A stretch of DNA of 64,000 nucleotides from contig NC_057750.1 in the NCBI RefSeq assembly GCF_004010195.1, positions 19,477,366-19,541,365 on the forward strand. The letters run 5' to 3'. The translations under genes and the position numbers were made by a program. Shown piece by piece: positions 13,916-27,125 of this stretch (its first letter is position 1; each line of letters opens with the position of its first letter). Under the pieces are notes generated by a model. It was not told where the DNA came from and made no database searches. It saw only the letters and a list, made by a program, of their open reading frames with translations. Source of the stretch: Chiloscyllium plagiosum (Eukaryota).

Positions 13916-14229
13916 GATTAGATTAATTTCAGTGTGGAAACAGGCCCTTCGGCCAACAAGTCCACACAGACCCACCAAAACGCAACCCGCCCAGACCCAG
14001 TCTCCTACATTTACCTCTGCACCTAACACTACGGGCAATTTAGCATGGCCAATTCACATTATCTGCACATTTTTGGACTGTGGGAGGAAACTGGAGCACC
14101 CAGAGGAAACCCATACAGACACGGGGAAAATGTGCAAACTCCACACAGTTAGTCGCCTGAGGTGGGAATTGAACCTGGGTCTCTGGTGCTGTGAGGCAGC
14201 AGTGCTAACCACTGTGCCACCGTGCCGCC
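13916..14229 (-). mobile_element. HE1-type tRNA-derived V-SINE
   Basis: A/B boxes, V-domain core, CR1-derived tail. Confidence 0.92.
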
Positions 14230-15276
14230 TATAAATGTCTGACACCATCATTGCAATTTCAAAAGAAATTAGTAGTTTAACTTTAGCAGAACATGGATAA
14301 ATAACAAGGCAATCTACTTATTATAAGCCCAACCTCCTTTAACCAGAACCCTCACTTACACACTGACAGACATTTAAGCGACAAAATTAAAGAAAATAAG
14401 TCTGATGTGGCAATGCAATGGTTTTACAATTGGTACCAGAGCTTCAGAAATTCATTGTGAACAACTCCATTAACAGGATTTCTGTAGGTTCTGCTGGAAT
14501 TCCAAATTCACTGATTCATGCAAAAGGTCTAGTAACCTATGAGGATTATTCAAACACTTCTTAGAGGAGTATTTGTTTATCAGAACAACTAAGAAGTTGA
14601 TAACTACCATGAAAATTGAAGAGAGAACAAAATACAGCAGCACCATCCAGAAGCTTTTGTCAAAAACACATTCATGTCTTCAAAAGCCCAGTCAGTACTG
14701 GTTCACCTGTTGCCCTTGACTGACCAGCTCAACCTCCAACCGGTTGCCAGTTCAGAGAAGAGAATATCACGATGCCGAAATATCAGTAGTATTCTTAGGA
14801 CAAGAATTAACATGATTATCTTTCTGGGCCTGTTCCCATAAACAAATATCAGTTTGTTTGCTGTCCCCTCAGTTTCAAAGCAAGCAACTGCTCAAAGTTT
14901 AATTCTCAACTTCAGCTCACATTTCCAAAAAGAAAAGTGAAAGGAATAAAGACTGAAAGTCTCAACAAGGGACAATCTTGCAACCCAGAAAAAAGGAACG
15001 GACACATCACATCTTTTTTTTCAGAGATCGTAATTCATCAAAACAATTGTTGCTTTTATACAGATTTATGACTCTTTTCAAAACCATTTGGCACAAAGTC
15101 ATCCATATGAGACAGTGAGGCTCTTTGTGCTGAAGGCAGTAATCCTGTACAATTCGTAATAACATAAGCATTGCTGACTGATAAACACCTGTTCCTAGGA
15201 ATTAACCCTAAGTATGTGGTCACACCACAGTCTTTACATTCGTTTCACAGTCTCTAATCACTGGCATTCATAAAAT

Positions 15277-15540
15277 TGAATTGAATTGAATCAAATTGAA
15301 TTGAATTAGCTTTATTGTCACATGTACTCAACTGAGTACTGTTGATAAGTTGCCACTTACAGCGCCATCTTCAGTACAAAGCACCTAATTACAACTTCTT
15401 CAGTGACAAGATTAGTTACTGTGTAACAATGTCATACAGCGCCATCTTGGGTGCAGAGAACCTTAGTTAATACAATCATACAATCCTTAGTTACAGAATA
15501 GAGAAATGAAGAAAAACATTATACAAAATATAACCACAGC
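15277..15540 (-). mobile_element. Non-LTR element 3' end with gtgacaataaa + (ttcaa)n tail (Rex1-like tail, family unresolved)
   Basis: Homologous to 39065-39240 and, inverted, to 57190-57221. Confidence 0.55.
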
Positions 15541-15649
15541 CTTCTCATTAAGGCAATGATTTCTTCATTGTCAGGAAAATTTACATGGAAACTGTGACTG
15601 TGCAATAATGATTTAAGACTAGAACTGGTTGTTAGATATACATATGTGT

Positions 15650-15950
15650 GGGTGGCACGGTGGCACAGTGGTTAGCACTGCTGCCTCACAGCGCCAGAGA
15701 CCCGAGTTCAATTCCCGCCTCAGGCGACTGACTGTGTGGAGTTTGCACGTTCTCCCCGTGTCTGCGTGGGTTTCCTCCGGGTGCTCCGGTTTTCTCCCAC
15801 AGTCCAAAGATGTGCAGGTCGGGTGAATTGGCCATGCTAAATTGCCCGTAGTGTTAGGTAAGGGGTAAATGTAGGGGTATGGGTGGGTTGCGCTTTGGCG
15901 GGTCGGTGTGGACTTGTTGGGCCGAAGGGTCTGTTTCCACACTGTAGCAA
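15650..15950 (+). mobile_element. HE1-type V-SINE, young
   Basis: tggcacagtgg A box, gagttcaattccc B box, CpGs retained. Confidence 0.94.
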
Positions 15951-16324
15951 TCGAATGCACACAGGTTTCCTGCAATACCAAGCAAACCTAGAAATGTTGT
16001 GCAAACACGTGACTTATTAATTCATTAATAACAGGTCCTCCATAAATAAATTGTGGAAACTGAACTTAGAAAACAAAGTTAATAATTAAATGATCAATGC
16101 GTTTGCTAACTCTGGCAGGGTGAAGACAGTCGTCGTGATACCACCACGACTACTGTCTTCAGCTGCCCTTCCCAGACCTATTTGGTCAGCAACAGCTTCT
16201 CAATGCATTCTGGATGGGTCTTAAATTTCAGACCAGTTTAGCAGCACACTCTATCTCTGAATCATGCTTCAGAAAGTCTAGTTGGGTGGAAGCAACAAAC
16301 TAGCAAGTAGCCAACTAAAGAATC

Positions 16325-16665
16325 CCCATAGTTTGGAAGCAGGCCATTTGGCCCAACAAATTCACATCAACCCTCCGAAATTCATTCCCACCTGGACCCA
16401 TCCCAACACCCTATCACTGTAACCCTGTATTTCCCATGGCTAATGCACTCAACTTACACATCCTGAACACATTGGTTAATTCAGCAAGGCTAATCCACCT
16501 AACTACACATTTTTGGACTGTTGGTGGAAACCGGAGAACCAGGAGGAAACCCATACAGACACGGGGAGAATGTGCAAACCGCACACAGCCATCCGAGGAT
16601 ATAATTGAACCCAGGTCTCTGGCACTGAGATGCAGCTGTGCTAAACAATGAGCTACTGTGCCCCC
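16325..16665 (-). mobile_element. HE1-type V-SINE, older subfamily
   Basis: Reverse-complement V-domain, more diverged. Confidence 0.85.
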
Positions 16666-16747
16666 TGTTTGGTACACAAACATGGAGAGACAGTATACAG
16701 TAAAGGATACTGTTCTAAAAGGTGTACTGGAGGAGAGAGAGAGAGAG

Positions 16748-19153
16748 ACCTTGGGCAGGATTGGCAGCTTAATGTTCCAGGATACAAATGGTACAGGAAG
16801 GATAGAAAGGAAGACAAGAGAAGAGGGGGAGTGGCATTTTTGATAAGGGATGGCATTACAGCTATGCTGAGGGAGTATATTCCTGGAAATACATTGAGGG
16901 AAGTTATTTGAATCGAACTGAGAAATAAGAAAGGGATGATAACCTTATTGGGATTGTATTATACACCCCCTAATAGTCAGAGGGAAATTGAGAAACAAAC
17001 TTTTAAGGAGATCTCAGCTATCTGTAAGAATAATAGGGTGGTTATGGTAGAGAATTTTAACTTTCCAAACATAGACTGGGACTGCCATAGTGTTAAGGTT
17101 CAGATGGAGAGGAATTTGTTAAGTGTGTACAAGACAATTTTCTGATTCAGTATGTGGATGTACCTACTAGAGAAGGTACAAAACTTGACNNNNNNNNNNN
17201 NNNNNNNNNNNNNNNNNNNNNNNNNNNNNNNNNNNNNNNNNNNNNNNNNNNNNNNNNNNNNNNNNNNNNNNNNNNNNNNNNNNNNNNNNNNNNNNNNNNN
17301 NNNNNNNNNNNNNNNNNNNNNNNNNNNNNNNNNNNNNNNNNNNNNNNNNNNNNNNNNNNNNNNNNNNNNNNNNNNNNNNNNNNNNNNNNNNNNNNNAATA
17401 GGGCCCCTCAAAGATCAGCAAGGCAGCCTTTGTGTGGAGCTGCAGAAAATGGGGGTGATACTAAATGAGTATTTTGCATCAGTATTTACTGTGGAGAAGG
17501 ATATGGAAGATATAGACCGCAGGGAAATAGATGGTGACATCTTCCAAATGTCCATATTACAGAGGAGGATGTGCTGGATGTCTTGAAATGCATAAAAGTG
17601 GATAAATCCCCAGGACCTGATCAGGTGTACCCTAGAACTCTGTGGGAAGCTAGAGAAATGATTGTTGGGCCTCTTGCTGAGCTATTTATATCAACGTAGT
17701 CATGGATGAGGTGCCGGAAGGCTGGAGATTGGCTAACGTGGTGCCACTGTTTAAGACGTGTAGTAAGGACAAGTCAGGGAACTACAGACCAGTGAGCAAG
17801 ACGTCGGTGGTGGGCAAGTTGTTGGAGGGAATCCTAAGGGATAGGATGTACATGTATTTGGAAAGGCAAGGACTGATTAGGGATAGTCAACATAGTTTTG
17901 TACGTGGGGAATCATGTCTCACAAACTTGATTGTTACTTCCTCAAAAAACTCAAAGAGGATTGATGAGGGCAGAGACGTAGATGTGATCTATATGGACTT
18001 CAGTAAGGTGTTCGACAAGGTTCCCCATGGGAGATTGATTAGCATGGTTAGATCTCACGGAATACAGGGAGAACTAGCCATTTGGATACAGAACTGGCTC
18101 AAAGGTAGAAGACAGAGGATGGTAGTGGAAGGTTGTTTTTCAGACTGGAGGCCTGTGAACAGTGGAGTGCCACAAGGATTGGAGTGGGTCCTCTACTTTT
18201 TGTCATTTACATGAATGATTTGGATGCGAGCATAAGAGATAGTAAGTTTGCAGATGACAGCAAAATTGAAGGTATAGTGGACATCGAAGAGAGTTACCTC
18301 TGATTACAACAGGATCTTGACCAGATGGGCTAATGGGCTGAGAAGTGGCAGATGGAGTTTAATTCAGATAAATGCGAGGTGCTGCATTTTGGGAAAGCAA
18401 ATCTTCGTAGGATTTATACACTTAATGGTAGGGTCCTAGGGAGTGTTGCTGAACAAAGAGACCTTGGAGTGCAGGTTCATCGCTCCTTGAAAGTGGAGTC
18501 GCAGGTAGATAGGATAGTGGAGAATGCTTTCCTTTATTGGTCAGAGTATTGAGTACTTGAGTTGGGAGGTCATGTTGCGGCTGTACAGGACATTCGTTAG
18601 GCCACTATTGGAACACTGCGTGTAAGTCTGGTCTCCTTCCTATTGGAAAGATGTTGTGAAACTTGAAAGGGTTCAGAAATGATTTACAAGAATGTTGCCA
18701 GGGGTGGAGGATTTGAGCTATAGGGAGAGGCTAAACAGGTTGGGGCTGTTTTCCCTGGAGCATCGGAGGCTGAAGGGTGACCTTATAGAGGTTTACAAAA
18801 TTATGAGGGGCATGATAGGGTAAATAGGCAAAGTCTTTTCCCTGGGGTCAGGGAGTCCAGAACTAGTGGGTATAGGTTTAGGGTGAGAGGGGAAAGATAT
18901 AAAAGAGACCTACGGGGCAAAACTTTCACACAGAGAGTGGTATGTGTATGGAATGAGGTGCCAGAGGAAGTGGTGGAAACTGGTACAATTGCAACATTTA
19001 AGAGGCATTTGGATGGATATATGAAAAGGAAGGGTTTGGAGGGATATGGGCCGGGTGCTGGCAGGTGGGACTAGATTGGGTTGGGATGTCTAGTCGGCAT
19101 GGACAAGTTGGACCGAAGGGTCTGTTTCCATGCTGTACATCTCTACAACTCTA
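16748..19153 (+). mobile_element. CR1 (HER1-like) LINE spanning an assembly gap
   Basis: ORF 17702..18214 RT motifs; colinear with 638-3133. Confidence 0.92.
17190..17396. other. Assembly gap (207 N)
   Basis: Run of n. Confidence 1.
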
Positions 19154-19164
19154 TATGTACATAT

Positions 19165-19770
19165 GTCATTGAAGGTGAAAGGATATGTTGAGAGAACTCT
19201 GAATAAAGCAAACAGTATTCTAGGTTTAAAAACAGAGAGCAGAGAGGTTATGAAACTTATCTAAGGCACTAGTTAGACCTCAGCTGGAGTATTGTGCACG
19301 GTTCTTAATGTAACACTTTAGGAAGGGTGTATTGGACAGAGTGCAGAAGAGATTTATAAGAATGGTTCCAGGAATAAGACACTTCAGCTATGAGGAAAAA
19401 TTGAAGAAGTGAGATTGTTTCCTCAGAGAGGAGAGGCTTTTCAAAATCATGAGGGGTCTTGACAAAGTCAATAAGGAGTAACTGCTCCCACTCATAAATG
19501 GATGAAACGGCTTTGCAAAATAAGCAAATCCCCGACAAGACAAAGCTTTTTCACACAGTGAAATTATTAGGGTCTGAAATGCACTGCCTGGAAGTGTGGT
19601 AGAGGCAGCTTCAACTGATGTTTTCAAGAGAGCATTGAATAATTATTTAAGTGGAAATAGTGTGCAGTATTATAAGAAAAACACAGGAGATTAGCACAGA
19701 GTTAAAATGCTCAGAAAGCCAGTACAGATATGATGGGCTGAATGGTCTCCTTTTGCATGATAACAATTGT
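19165..19770 (+). mobile_element. Old CR1 3' fragment ending just upstream of the 19797 exon
   Basis: ctggagtattgtgcacggttc (LEYC-type) and CR1 tail gggctgaatggtctcct. Confidence 0.7.
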
Positions 19771-19796
19771 GTAAATTTATGATTTCCTCCCTGCAG

Positions 19797-19889
19797 TTGC
19801 GATTTGTACACGAACTGAAATGGAGGACTTTCTTCGAGAAGCGGTCTGCATGAAGGAATTTGACCATCCCAACGTTATGCGATTACTTG
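19797..19889 (+). CDS. AXL: AXL exon: [31 protein letters not shown](G)
   Basis: ctgcag acceptor, gtaggg donor; 93 nt; phase-compatible with both neighbours; alphaC helix. Confidence 0.95.
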
Positions 19890-21833
19890 GTAGGGAGACC
19901 TAGAAATTTTTTGCTTTAAAAACAATGTTTTTCAACAAAATATCGGTGAATGAATTATCTGCACCGAGTTATTAATGGATATGATGTAATTTAGATCTGG
20001 CTCCAGGGTGACCAAGGATAGGAACTCAATGTTCGTGTTATTCAATTTTCAGGAAAGAGAGATGGAAAGGAAAGGGAGGTGGGGTAAGGAGGAGATTAAG
20101 ACAACACTGGCCTGGATGATGTAGAATCGGTGTGGGTAGAGCTGCGGAACATGAAAACGAAAAGGCATTAGTGGAAGTTGTGTACAAACTACAAAACAGC
20201 AGTTGTGATGTTGGGGACTGTATCAAACAGGAAGTTAGAGATGCATGCAGTAAGAATACAGTAGTTATTATGGGTGACTTCAATCAACATATTGATTGGA
20301 CTAACCAAACTGGTACCAATGCAATGGAGAAGATTTCCTGGAGTGTATAAGGGACAGTTTCCTCAACCAATATGTCAAGGAACCAGTTAAAGAGCAAGCC
20401 ATCCTTGACTTGGCTTTCTGTAATGAGAGAGGATTAATTAGCAACATTGTGGTGCGAGATACTTTGGGGAAGAGTGACCATAATATGGTAGAATTCTTCA
20501 CTAAAATGGAAAGTGACACAATTAATTCTGACACTAGGATCCTGAATGTAAAGAAAGCTAACTTTGACAGTATAAGGTATGCATTGGCTGGGATAAGCTG
20601 ACAAAGGATACTTAAGGGGTTAACAGTGGATAGGGAATGACAGCCATTTAAAGAATACATGGATGAACTTCAACAACTGTACACCCCTATCTGGTGTAAG
20701 AGTAAAGCAGGGAAGGTGGCTCAACCATGGCTAATGAGGGAAATCAGGGACAGTGTTAAAGCCAAAGAGGAGGCGTATAAATTTGCCAGGAAAAGCAACA
20801 AACCTGAGGATTAGGATAAATTTTAAATTTAGCACAGGAGGATAAAGGGTTTAATTTGGAAAGGGAAAATAGAATATAAAAGTGAGCTCACAGAAAATGT
20901 AAAAATTGAGTACAAAGCTTCTATAGATATGTGAAGAGAGAAAGACCGGTGAAAACAAATGTAGTTTGTTCCTTGCAGTTAGAATCAGGTGAATTCATAA
21001 TGGGAAGCAAAGAGATGGCAGAACAAATACTTTGGATCTGTCTTCACTAAGGAGGACACAAATAACCCTCAGGAGATGCTCGGGGACAGAGGGTCAAGCA
21101 TTAAAGGGGAACTGAAGGAAATCCTTATTAGTCAGGAAATGGTATTGGGGAAATTAATGGGATTAAAACACAATGAGTTCCCAGGCGTGATGCTCTGTAT
21201 CCCAATATAATTAAGGAAGTGGCCCTTAAAATAATGGATGCATTGGTGATCATGTTCCAGCATTCTGTAGACTCTGGAAGAGTTCCAATGGACTAGACAG
21301 TAACTCCAATCTTTAAAAAAGGAGGGAGAGAAAATGAGGAATTATCAGCTGGTTAGCCTGACATAGATGTTGGGGAAAATGCTGGAGTCAATCATTAGGG
21401 ATGTAATAACTGAGCACTTGGAAAGTGGTGACAGAATCAGCCCTAGTCAGCATGGATTCACTAAAGAGAAATCATGCTTGGTAAATCTGCTGTAATTCTT
21501 TGAAGATATGACCAGTAGCGTGGACAAGGGTGAATCAGTAGATGTTGTGTATCTGGACTTTTAAAAGCCTTTTGACAAGATTCCACACAAGAAATTAGTA
21601 CAGAAAATTAAAGCTCATGTTATCAGAGATAATGTATTGACATGGATAGAAAACTGGATGGCAGACAGGAAGTGGAGAGTTGGAATAAATACATTCTTTC
21701 TAGAATTTCAGTGGGGTGCTGTATGGTTCAGTGCTGGGACCCCAGCTGTTTACAATATACATTAATGATTTGGATGAAGGAATTGAATGTTTATCTCCAA
21801 ATGTGCAGATGACACTAAACTGGATGGCAGTGT

Positions 21834-22320
21834 ATAGAACATAGAAGAATACAGCGCAATACAGGCCCTTCAGCCCTCGATGTTGCGCCGATCCAAGCCC
21901 ACCTAACCTACACTAGCCCACTATCCTCCATATGCCTATCCAATGCCCGCTTAAATGCCCATAATGAGGGAGAGTCCACCACTGCCACTGGCAGAGCATT
22001 CCATGAACTCACGCAACATCCTGGTAAACCTCCTCTGCCCCCGTTCCAGTGCCTCCACATCCTTCCTATGGTATGGCGACCAAAACTGCACACAATATTC
22101 CAGATGCGGCCGCACCAGAGTCTTATACAACTGCAACATGACCTCAGTACTCCGGAACTCAATTCCTCTACCAATAAAAGCCAGTACGCCATATGCCTTC
22201 TTCACCGCACTATTTACCTGGGTGGCAACTTTGAAAGATCTGTGTACATGGACACCAAGATCCCTCTGCTCATCCACACTACCAAGTATCCGACCATTAG
22301 CCCAGTACCCCATCTTTTTG
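21834..22320 (-). mobile_element. Young CR1 3' fragment with 248-nt internal deletion, nested in 19975-23395
   Basis: Near-identical to 36433-37161; (ttctatg) tail. Confidence 0.92.
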
Positions 22321-22562
22321 CTGTGAGGAAGTTGCTAAGAGGCTGCAGGGTGACTTGGACAGAATGGCTGAGTGGGCAAATAGTTGGCAAATGCAACATA
22401 ATTTGGATAAATGTGAGGTAATCCACTTTGCTCACAAAATCAGGAAGACAGATTATTATCTGAATGGTGGCAGTTTCGGAAAAGGTGAGGTGCAACGAGA
22501 CCTGGGTATCATGGTGGAAGAGTCGCTGAAGGTTAGCATGTAGGTGCAGCGTGCAATGAGGA

Positions 22563-22738
22563 GAAAGTGAGGTCTGCAGACGCTGGAGATCAAAGCTGAA
22601 ACTTTATTGCTGGAACAGCACAGCAGGTCAGGCAGCATCTAGGGAACAGAAGATTCGACGGAGGGCATGTGCCCGAAACGTCGAATCTTCTGTTCCCTAG
22701 ATGCTGCCTGACCTGCTGTGCTGTTCCAGCAATAAAGT
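22563..22738 (-). mobile_element. Fold-back PLE pLTR cassette
   Basis: Perfect 61-bp inverted arms 22600-22660/22679-22739; 18-nt direct repeat tgcagcgtgcaatgagga at 22545 and 22739; half hammerhead in spacer. Confidence 0.88.
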
Positions 22739-23570
22739 TGCAGCGTGCAATGAGGAAAGCTAATGACATGCTCTCCTTCATAGTTAGAGGATGAAGTATC
22801 GGAGTAAGGACGTCTTGCTGCAGTTCTACAGGGCCTTGGTGAGGCCACACCTTGAGTATTGTATGCAGTTTTGGCCTCCTAGTCGAAAGAAGGACATTCT
22901 TGCTATTGAGTCCAGTGAAGGTTCACCAGACTGATTCCCAGGATGGCAGGACTGACATATGAGGAAAGACTGAATTGACTGGGCTTGCACTCAGTGGAAT
23001 TTAGAAGAACGAGGGGGAATCTCATACAAACATAAAATTCTGAAGGGACTGGACATGCTAGATGTGGGAAGAATATTTCTGATGTTGGGCAAGTCCAAAA
23101 CTAGGGGTCACAGTCTAAGAATAAGGGGTAAGCCATTCAAGACTGAGATGAGGAAGACTGTCTTCACTCAGAGAGATGTAAACCTGTGGACTTCCCTCCC
23201 ACAGGAAGCAGTTGGGGCCAGTTCATTAGGTATATTCAAGAGGGAGCTGGATGTGAAACTTGTGGCTAAAGGTATCAAGGGGTAAGGGGGAGGCGCAAGT
23301 GGGATACTGAGATTGCAGGGTCAGCCATGAGCGTATTGAATGCTGTGCAGGCTCGAAGGGCTGAATGGCCTACTCCTAAACCTACTTTCTATGTAAATAT
23401 TTAATTTATGATTGCCAGGGAGTAGTCCCATACATAATGTGAGTCCTGATGCATTTTGACAGGATTGCATTCTGTAAATGAGGCTGTGTATTATGATGAA
23501 AATATTACACCAAAGGACTCAAAATTGTATTTAATTTTGCCTCGACAAGCTTGCACCATGCTGTTCATCT

Positions 23571-23646
23571 GGAGCAATGCTTAGAAAGCTTGTGATTTCA
23601 AATAAACCTGTTGGACTCTAACCAGGTGTTATGAGATCTCTGACCT
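23571..23646 (+). mobile_element. PLE pLTR remnant (34738 family)
   Basis: gaaagcttgtgatttcaaataaacctgttggact similar to 35067-35110. Confidence 0.7.
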
Positions 23647-23769
23647 GGTGATAACAGGTGACTGTTTGGTGATGCTAGACTAACTTGGCTGTGTTTTATA
23701 CATCTCAACATAGTGCAACAGGATATTATACATCACCTGTGAGGATGTAGAGATTTCAATTTAACATGT

Positions 23770-24152
23770 TATGAGGGGTGACCTTGTACAGGTTTATAAA
23801 ATCATGAGGGGCATGGATAGGATAAATAGACAAGGTCTTTTCTCTGGTATGGGAGACTCCAGAACTAGAGGGAATAGATTTTGGGTGAGAAGGGAAAGAT
23901 ATGAAAGAGACCCAAGGGCCAACTTTCTCACGCAGAGGGTGGTGCATGTGCGGAAGGGACTGCCAAGGAAGTCATGGATGCTGGTACAATTGCAATATTT
24001 AAAAGGCACCTGGATGGGTATATGATTAGAAAGGGTTTGGAGGGATATGGGCCAGATGCTGGCAGGTGGGACTAGATTGGGGTTGGGGTATCTGGTCGGC
24101 ATGGACGAGTTGAATCGAAGGGCCTGTTTCCGTGCTGTACATCTCTATAACT
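23770..24152 (+). mobile_element. HER1-like CR1 3' fragment
   Basis: RGDLVQVYKIMRG; same tail as 3045-3133. Confidence 0.9.
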
Positions 24153-24164
24153 ATGTTATCTGTG

Positions 24165-24290
24165 AGAAAGCATGTACTGACAATGCAGCAATCCCTTAGG
24201 GCTGTCAGACTAGATCATGTGGTCTTGTTTCTGCAGTAGAACTTCAGATACGGTGAGAGTGATACTTCCCTAAGCTCACTGAAGTGACCA
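24165..24290 (-). mobile_element. Possible old DeuSINE-type (SacSINE1-like) fragment
   Basis: gacaatgcagcaatccctt...tgtcagactagatcatgtg resembles the recalled Deu-domain antisense; degenerate. Confidence 0.4.
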
Positions 24291-24934
24291 GAATACTGTC
24301 CAGAAAGGGTGTTTTGACACAGGTCACATGGTTTCAGGTAGGGTATCCAGGAAGGAGTTGCTCAGTATGGGACTTGAAATGGGCAATGGGTCATTAAAAC
24401 AAATTGGCAGTGTTCAGCCTAGCAGTCAAGCAACTTCTTCAGTGCATTTGGCTCACAGTGCATCAAGTTGTAAAGCAATTCAGATGTAGGAATGTGTGGG
24501 TTTTGCAGAGGACACACCATGCATAGTTACCTAAAGAAGTTAGGGAAAACATCAAATTTGAGGAAAACGAATGAACAAAGAAGAGCAGCAGGAAGTTCAC
24601 TTGTTGCATGTTTGATTATTACCTTTTTTTCATTACATGTCATCGTTTAAAAAATGTCATCATACCATGCTCTGTAATTTACTAAAGTAGCCACAGAGTT
24701 AATTTTTTACTGGTATAGAACTGTGGAATCCTGTATCCCTAGTAAATAGACAAAAGAATTTAACAAGCCCACAAATAGCTAGTCAAATCCACAGAGCTGG
24801 CAAACACTATCGTTTGGTGCTGGGTGGAATTGTTTGTGAAGAGGATCGTTCCTTTAATGACCAGATGAACTGAATTTGAATTGAGGTTGTGTTGAGCTTC
24901 AGGAAAATGGGATGTGCCATCAAGGATGACAGGG

Positions 24935-25195
24935 GAAAGTTATAAAAGGGACCTCAGGGGTAACTTTTTCTCGCAAAAGTTGGTCGTGTATGGAATGAGC
25001 TGCCAGAGGATGTGGTGGAGGCTGGTACATTTACAACATTTAAAAGGCATCTGGATGGATATATGAATAGGGAGGGTTTAGAAGGATATAGGCCAAATGT
25101 TGGCAGATGGAACTAGATTAATTTGGAATATCTGGTCGGCATGGACAAGTTGGATGGAGGGCCTGTTTCCATGTTGTACATCTCTGTGACTCTCT
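24935..25195 (+). mobile_element. HER1-like CR1 3' tip
   Basis: Matches 2880-3133. Confidence 0.88.
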
Positions 25196-26060
25196 GAATA
25201 GTGAAATTTCTAAATGTATATCTCTTGTGATTTTCCCAGGAGACGATGAATGGGAGAGGCTATTCACAGGTAAAGGGACAACTGGAAAGTGGGAGGTCTT
25301 CAAAAAAGACATAATGAGAGCCCAGTATACTTCAATTAGTGCGAAGGGCAAGACTGGTAGGAGTAGGGAATATTGGATGACTAAAGAAATTGAGGCTTCG
25401 GTCAAGAGAAAGGAGGAGGCATATGGCAAGTACTGGCAGCTGGAATTGAGTGAATCCCTCGAGGAATATAAAAGCAGTCAGAGTATACTTGAGAAGGAAG
25501 TCAGGAGGGTAACAAGGGGACATGAGATAACTTTGACAATTCGGGTTAAGGAGAATCTGCAAATACATTAAGGACAAAAGAGTAACTCAGGAGAGAATAG
25601 GGCTCCTTAAAGATCAATAAGGTGGTCTATGTATGTAACTGCAGGAAATGGGTGAGATACTAAACGAGTATTTTGCGTAATTATTTACTGTGGAAAAGGA
25701 TATGGAAACTAGACAACTTGAAGAAATAAATACTGATATCTTGAAAAGTGTCTATTTTTCAGGGGAGGTGATGTTTGACATCTTAAAATGCATAAAGGTG
25801 GATAAACCTATGGGAGCTGATTAGGTGTAATCCAGAACTGTATGGGAAGCTAGGAAAATGATTGCCAGCCCCTGACTGAGATATTTGTATCAATAGCCAC
25901 AGGTAAGGTGCTGAAAGACTGGCATGTGGAAAATGTTATTATTTAAGAAAGTTGGTAAGGAAACGCCAGGGAACTATAGACCTATAAACCTGATGTCTGT
26001 GGTGGGTAAGCTGTTGGAGAGGATTCTGAGGGACAGGATCTATAAGTATTTGGAAAAGCA

Positions 26061-26400
26061 CACACTGTGGCTCAGTGGTTAGCACTGCTGCCTTACAGTA
26101 TCAGGGTCCTGGGTTTGATTCCAGCCTCGAGCAACTATCAGTGTGGAGTTTGAACATTCTCCCCGTATCTACGTGGGAGTCCTCCGGGTGCTGCGGTTTC
26201 CTCCCACAGTCCAAAGATGTGCAGGTTAGGTGAATTGGCCATGCTAAGTTGCCCATAGTGTTGAAGGATATGTAGACTAGGTGCATTAGTCAGGGGGATC
26301 GCAGGGTAGGGGAATAGGTCTGGGTGGGATACTCTTCGGAGGGTTGATGTAGACTGGTTGTTCCAAATAGCCTGTTTCCACACTGGAGGGATTCTATGAT
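26061..26400 (+). mobile_element. HE1-type V-SINE nested in CR1
   Basis: A/B boxes, V-domain, gattctat tail. Confidence 0.9.
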
Positions 26401-26429
26401 TAGGGAAAGTAAACTTGGCTTTATGCATG

Positions 26430-27125
26430 CACATTCAATGGTATTACCATCACTGAATCCCACACTATCAACATCTAGGGATTATCATTGAACAGAAAAA
26501 ACTCAATTGGACTCACCACATAAACATAGTAGCTGCAAGAGCAGGTCAGACGCTAGGAATGTTCTGGCAAGTAACTCACCTCCTGACTACTCAAAACCTG
26601 CCCACCATTTACAAGGCACAAGTCAGGAGTGTGATGTAATATTCTCCACTTGCTTGGATGGGGCAGCTCCAACAACACTCAAGAAGCTTGACACCATCTG
26701 GGACAAAGCAGCCTGCTTGATTGGCACTACATCCAAAGCATCCACTCCCTCCACCAACAATGCTCAGTAGCAGCAGTGTGTACTATCTATAAGATGCATT
26801 GCAGAAATTCACCAAAGATTACCACACAGTACCTTCCAAACCCATGACCAATTCAATCTAGAAGGTCAAGGTCAGTAGATATATGGGAACACCACCACCT
26901 TCAAGTTCCCCTCCAAGCCACTCAACATTCTGACTTGGAAGTGTACCGTAGTTCCTTCACTGTTGCTGGGTCAAAACCTTGGAATTTCCTCCCTAATGGC
27001 ATTGTGGTGGACTGCAGTGGTTTAAGATGGCAGCTCACCACCATCTTCCCAAGTGTAACTAGGACTGGGCAATAAATGCTGGCCAGCCAGCAATGCCTAC
27101 ATCCCACAAATTTTTTTTTAAAAAA
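26430..27125 (+). mobile_element. 3' end of a different LINE family (clade unresolved)
   Basis: TIYKAQVRSV-type post-RT region; tail gggcaataaatgctggcc; further pieces at 28579-28785 (-) and 29215-29281 (+). Confidence 0.75.

Larger units (their letters stand above)
19975..23395 (+). mobile_element. CR1 LINE, second family, near-full ORF2, degenerate, hosting two nested insertions
   Basis: VVIMGDFN, LGKSDHN (APE), RT motifs, ttctatgt tail. Confidence 0.9.

Noticed and set aside
15650..15725. tRNA gene
   Set aside because: The A/B boxes belong to the SINE head, continuing into the V-domain and LINE tail; the same applies to all HE1 copies.
17702..18214. Functional reverse transcriptase gene
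   Set aside because: Fragment of a CR1 copy with flanking stops and frameshifts.
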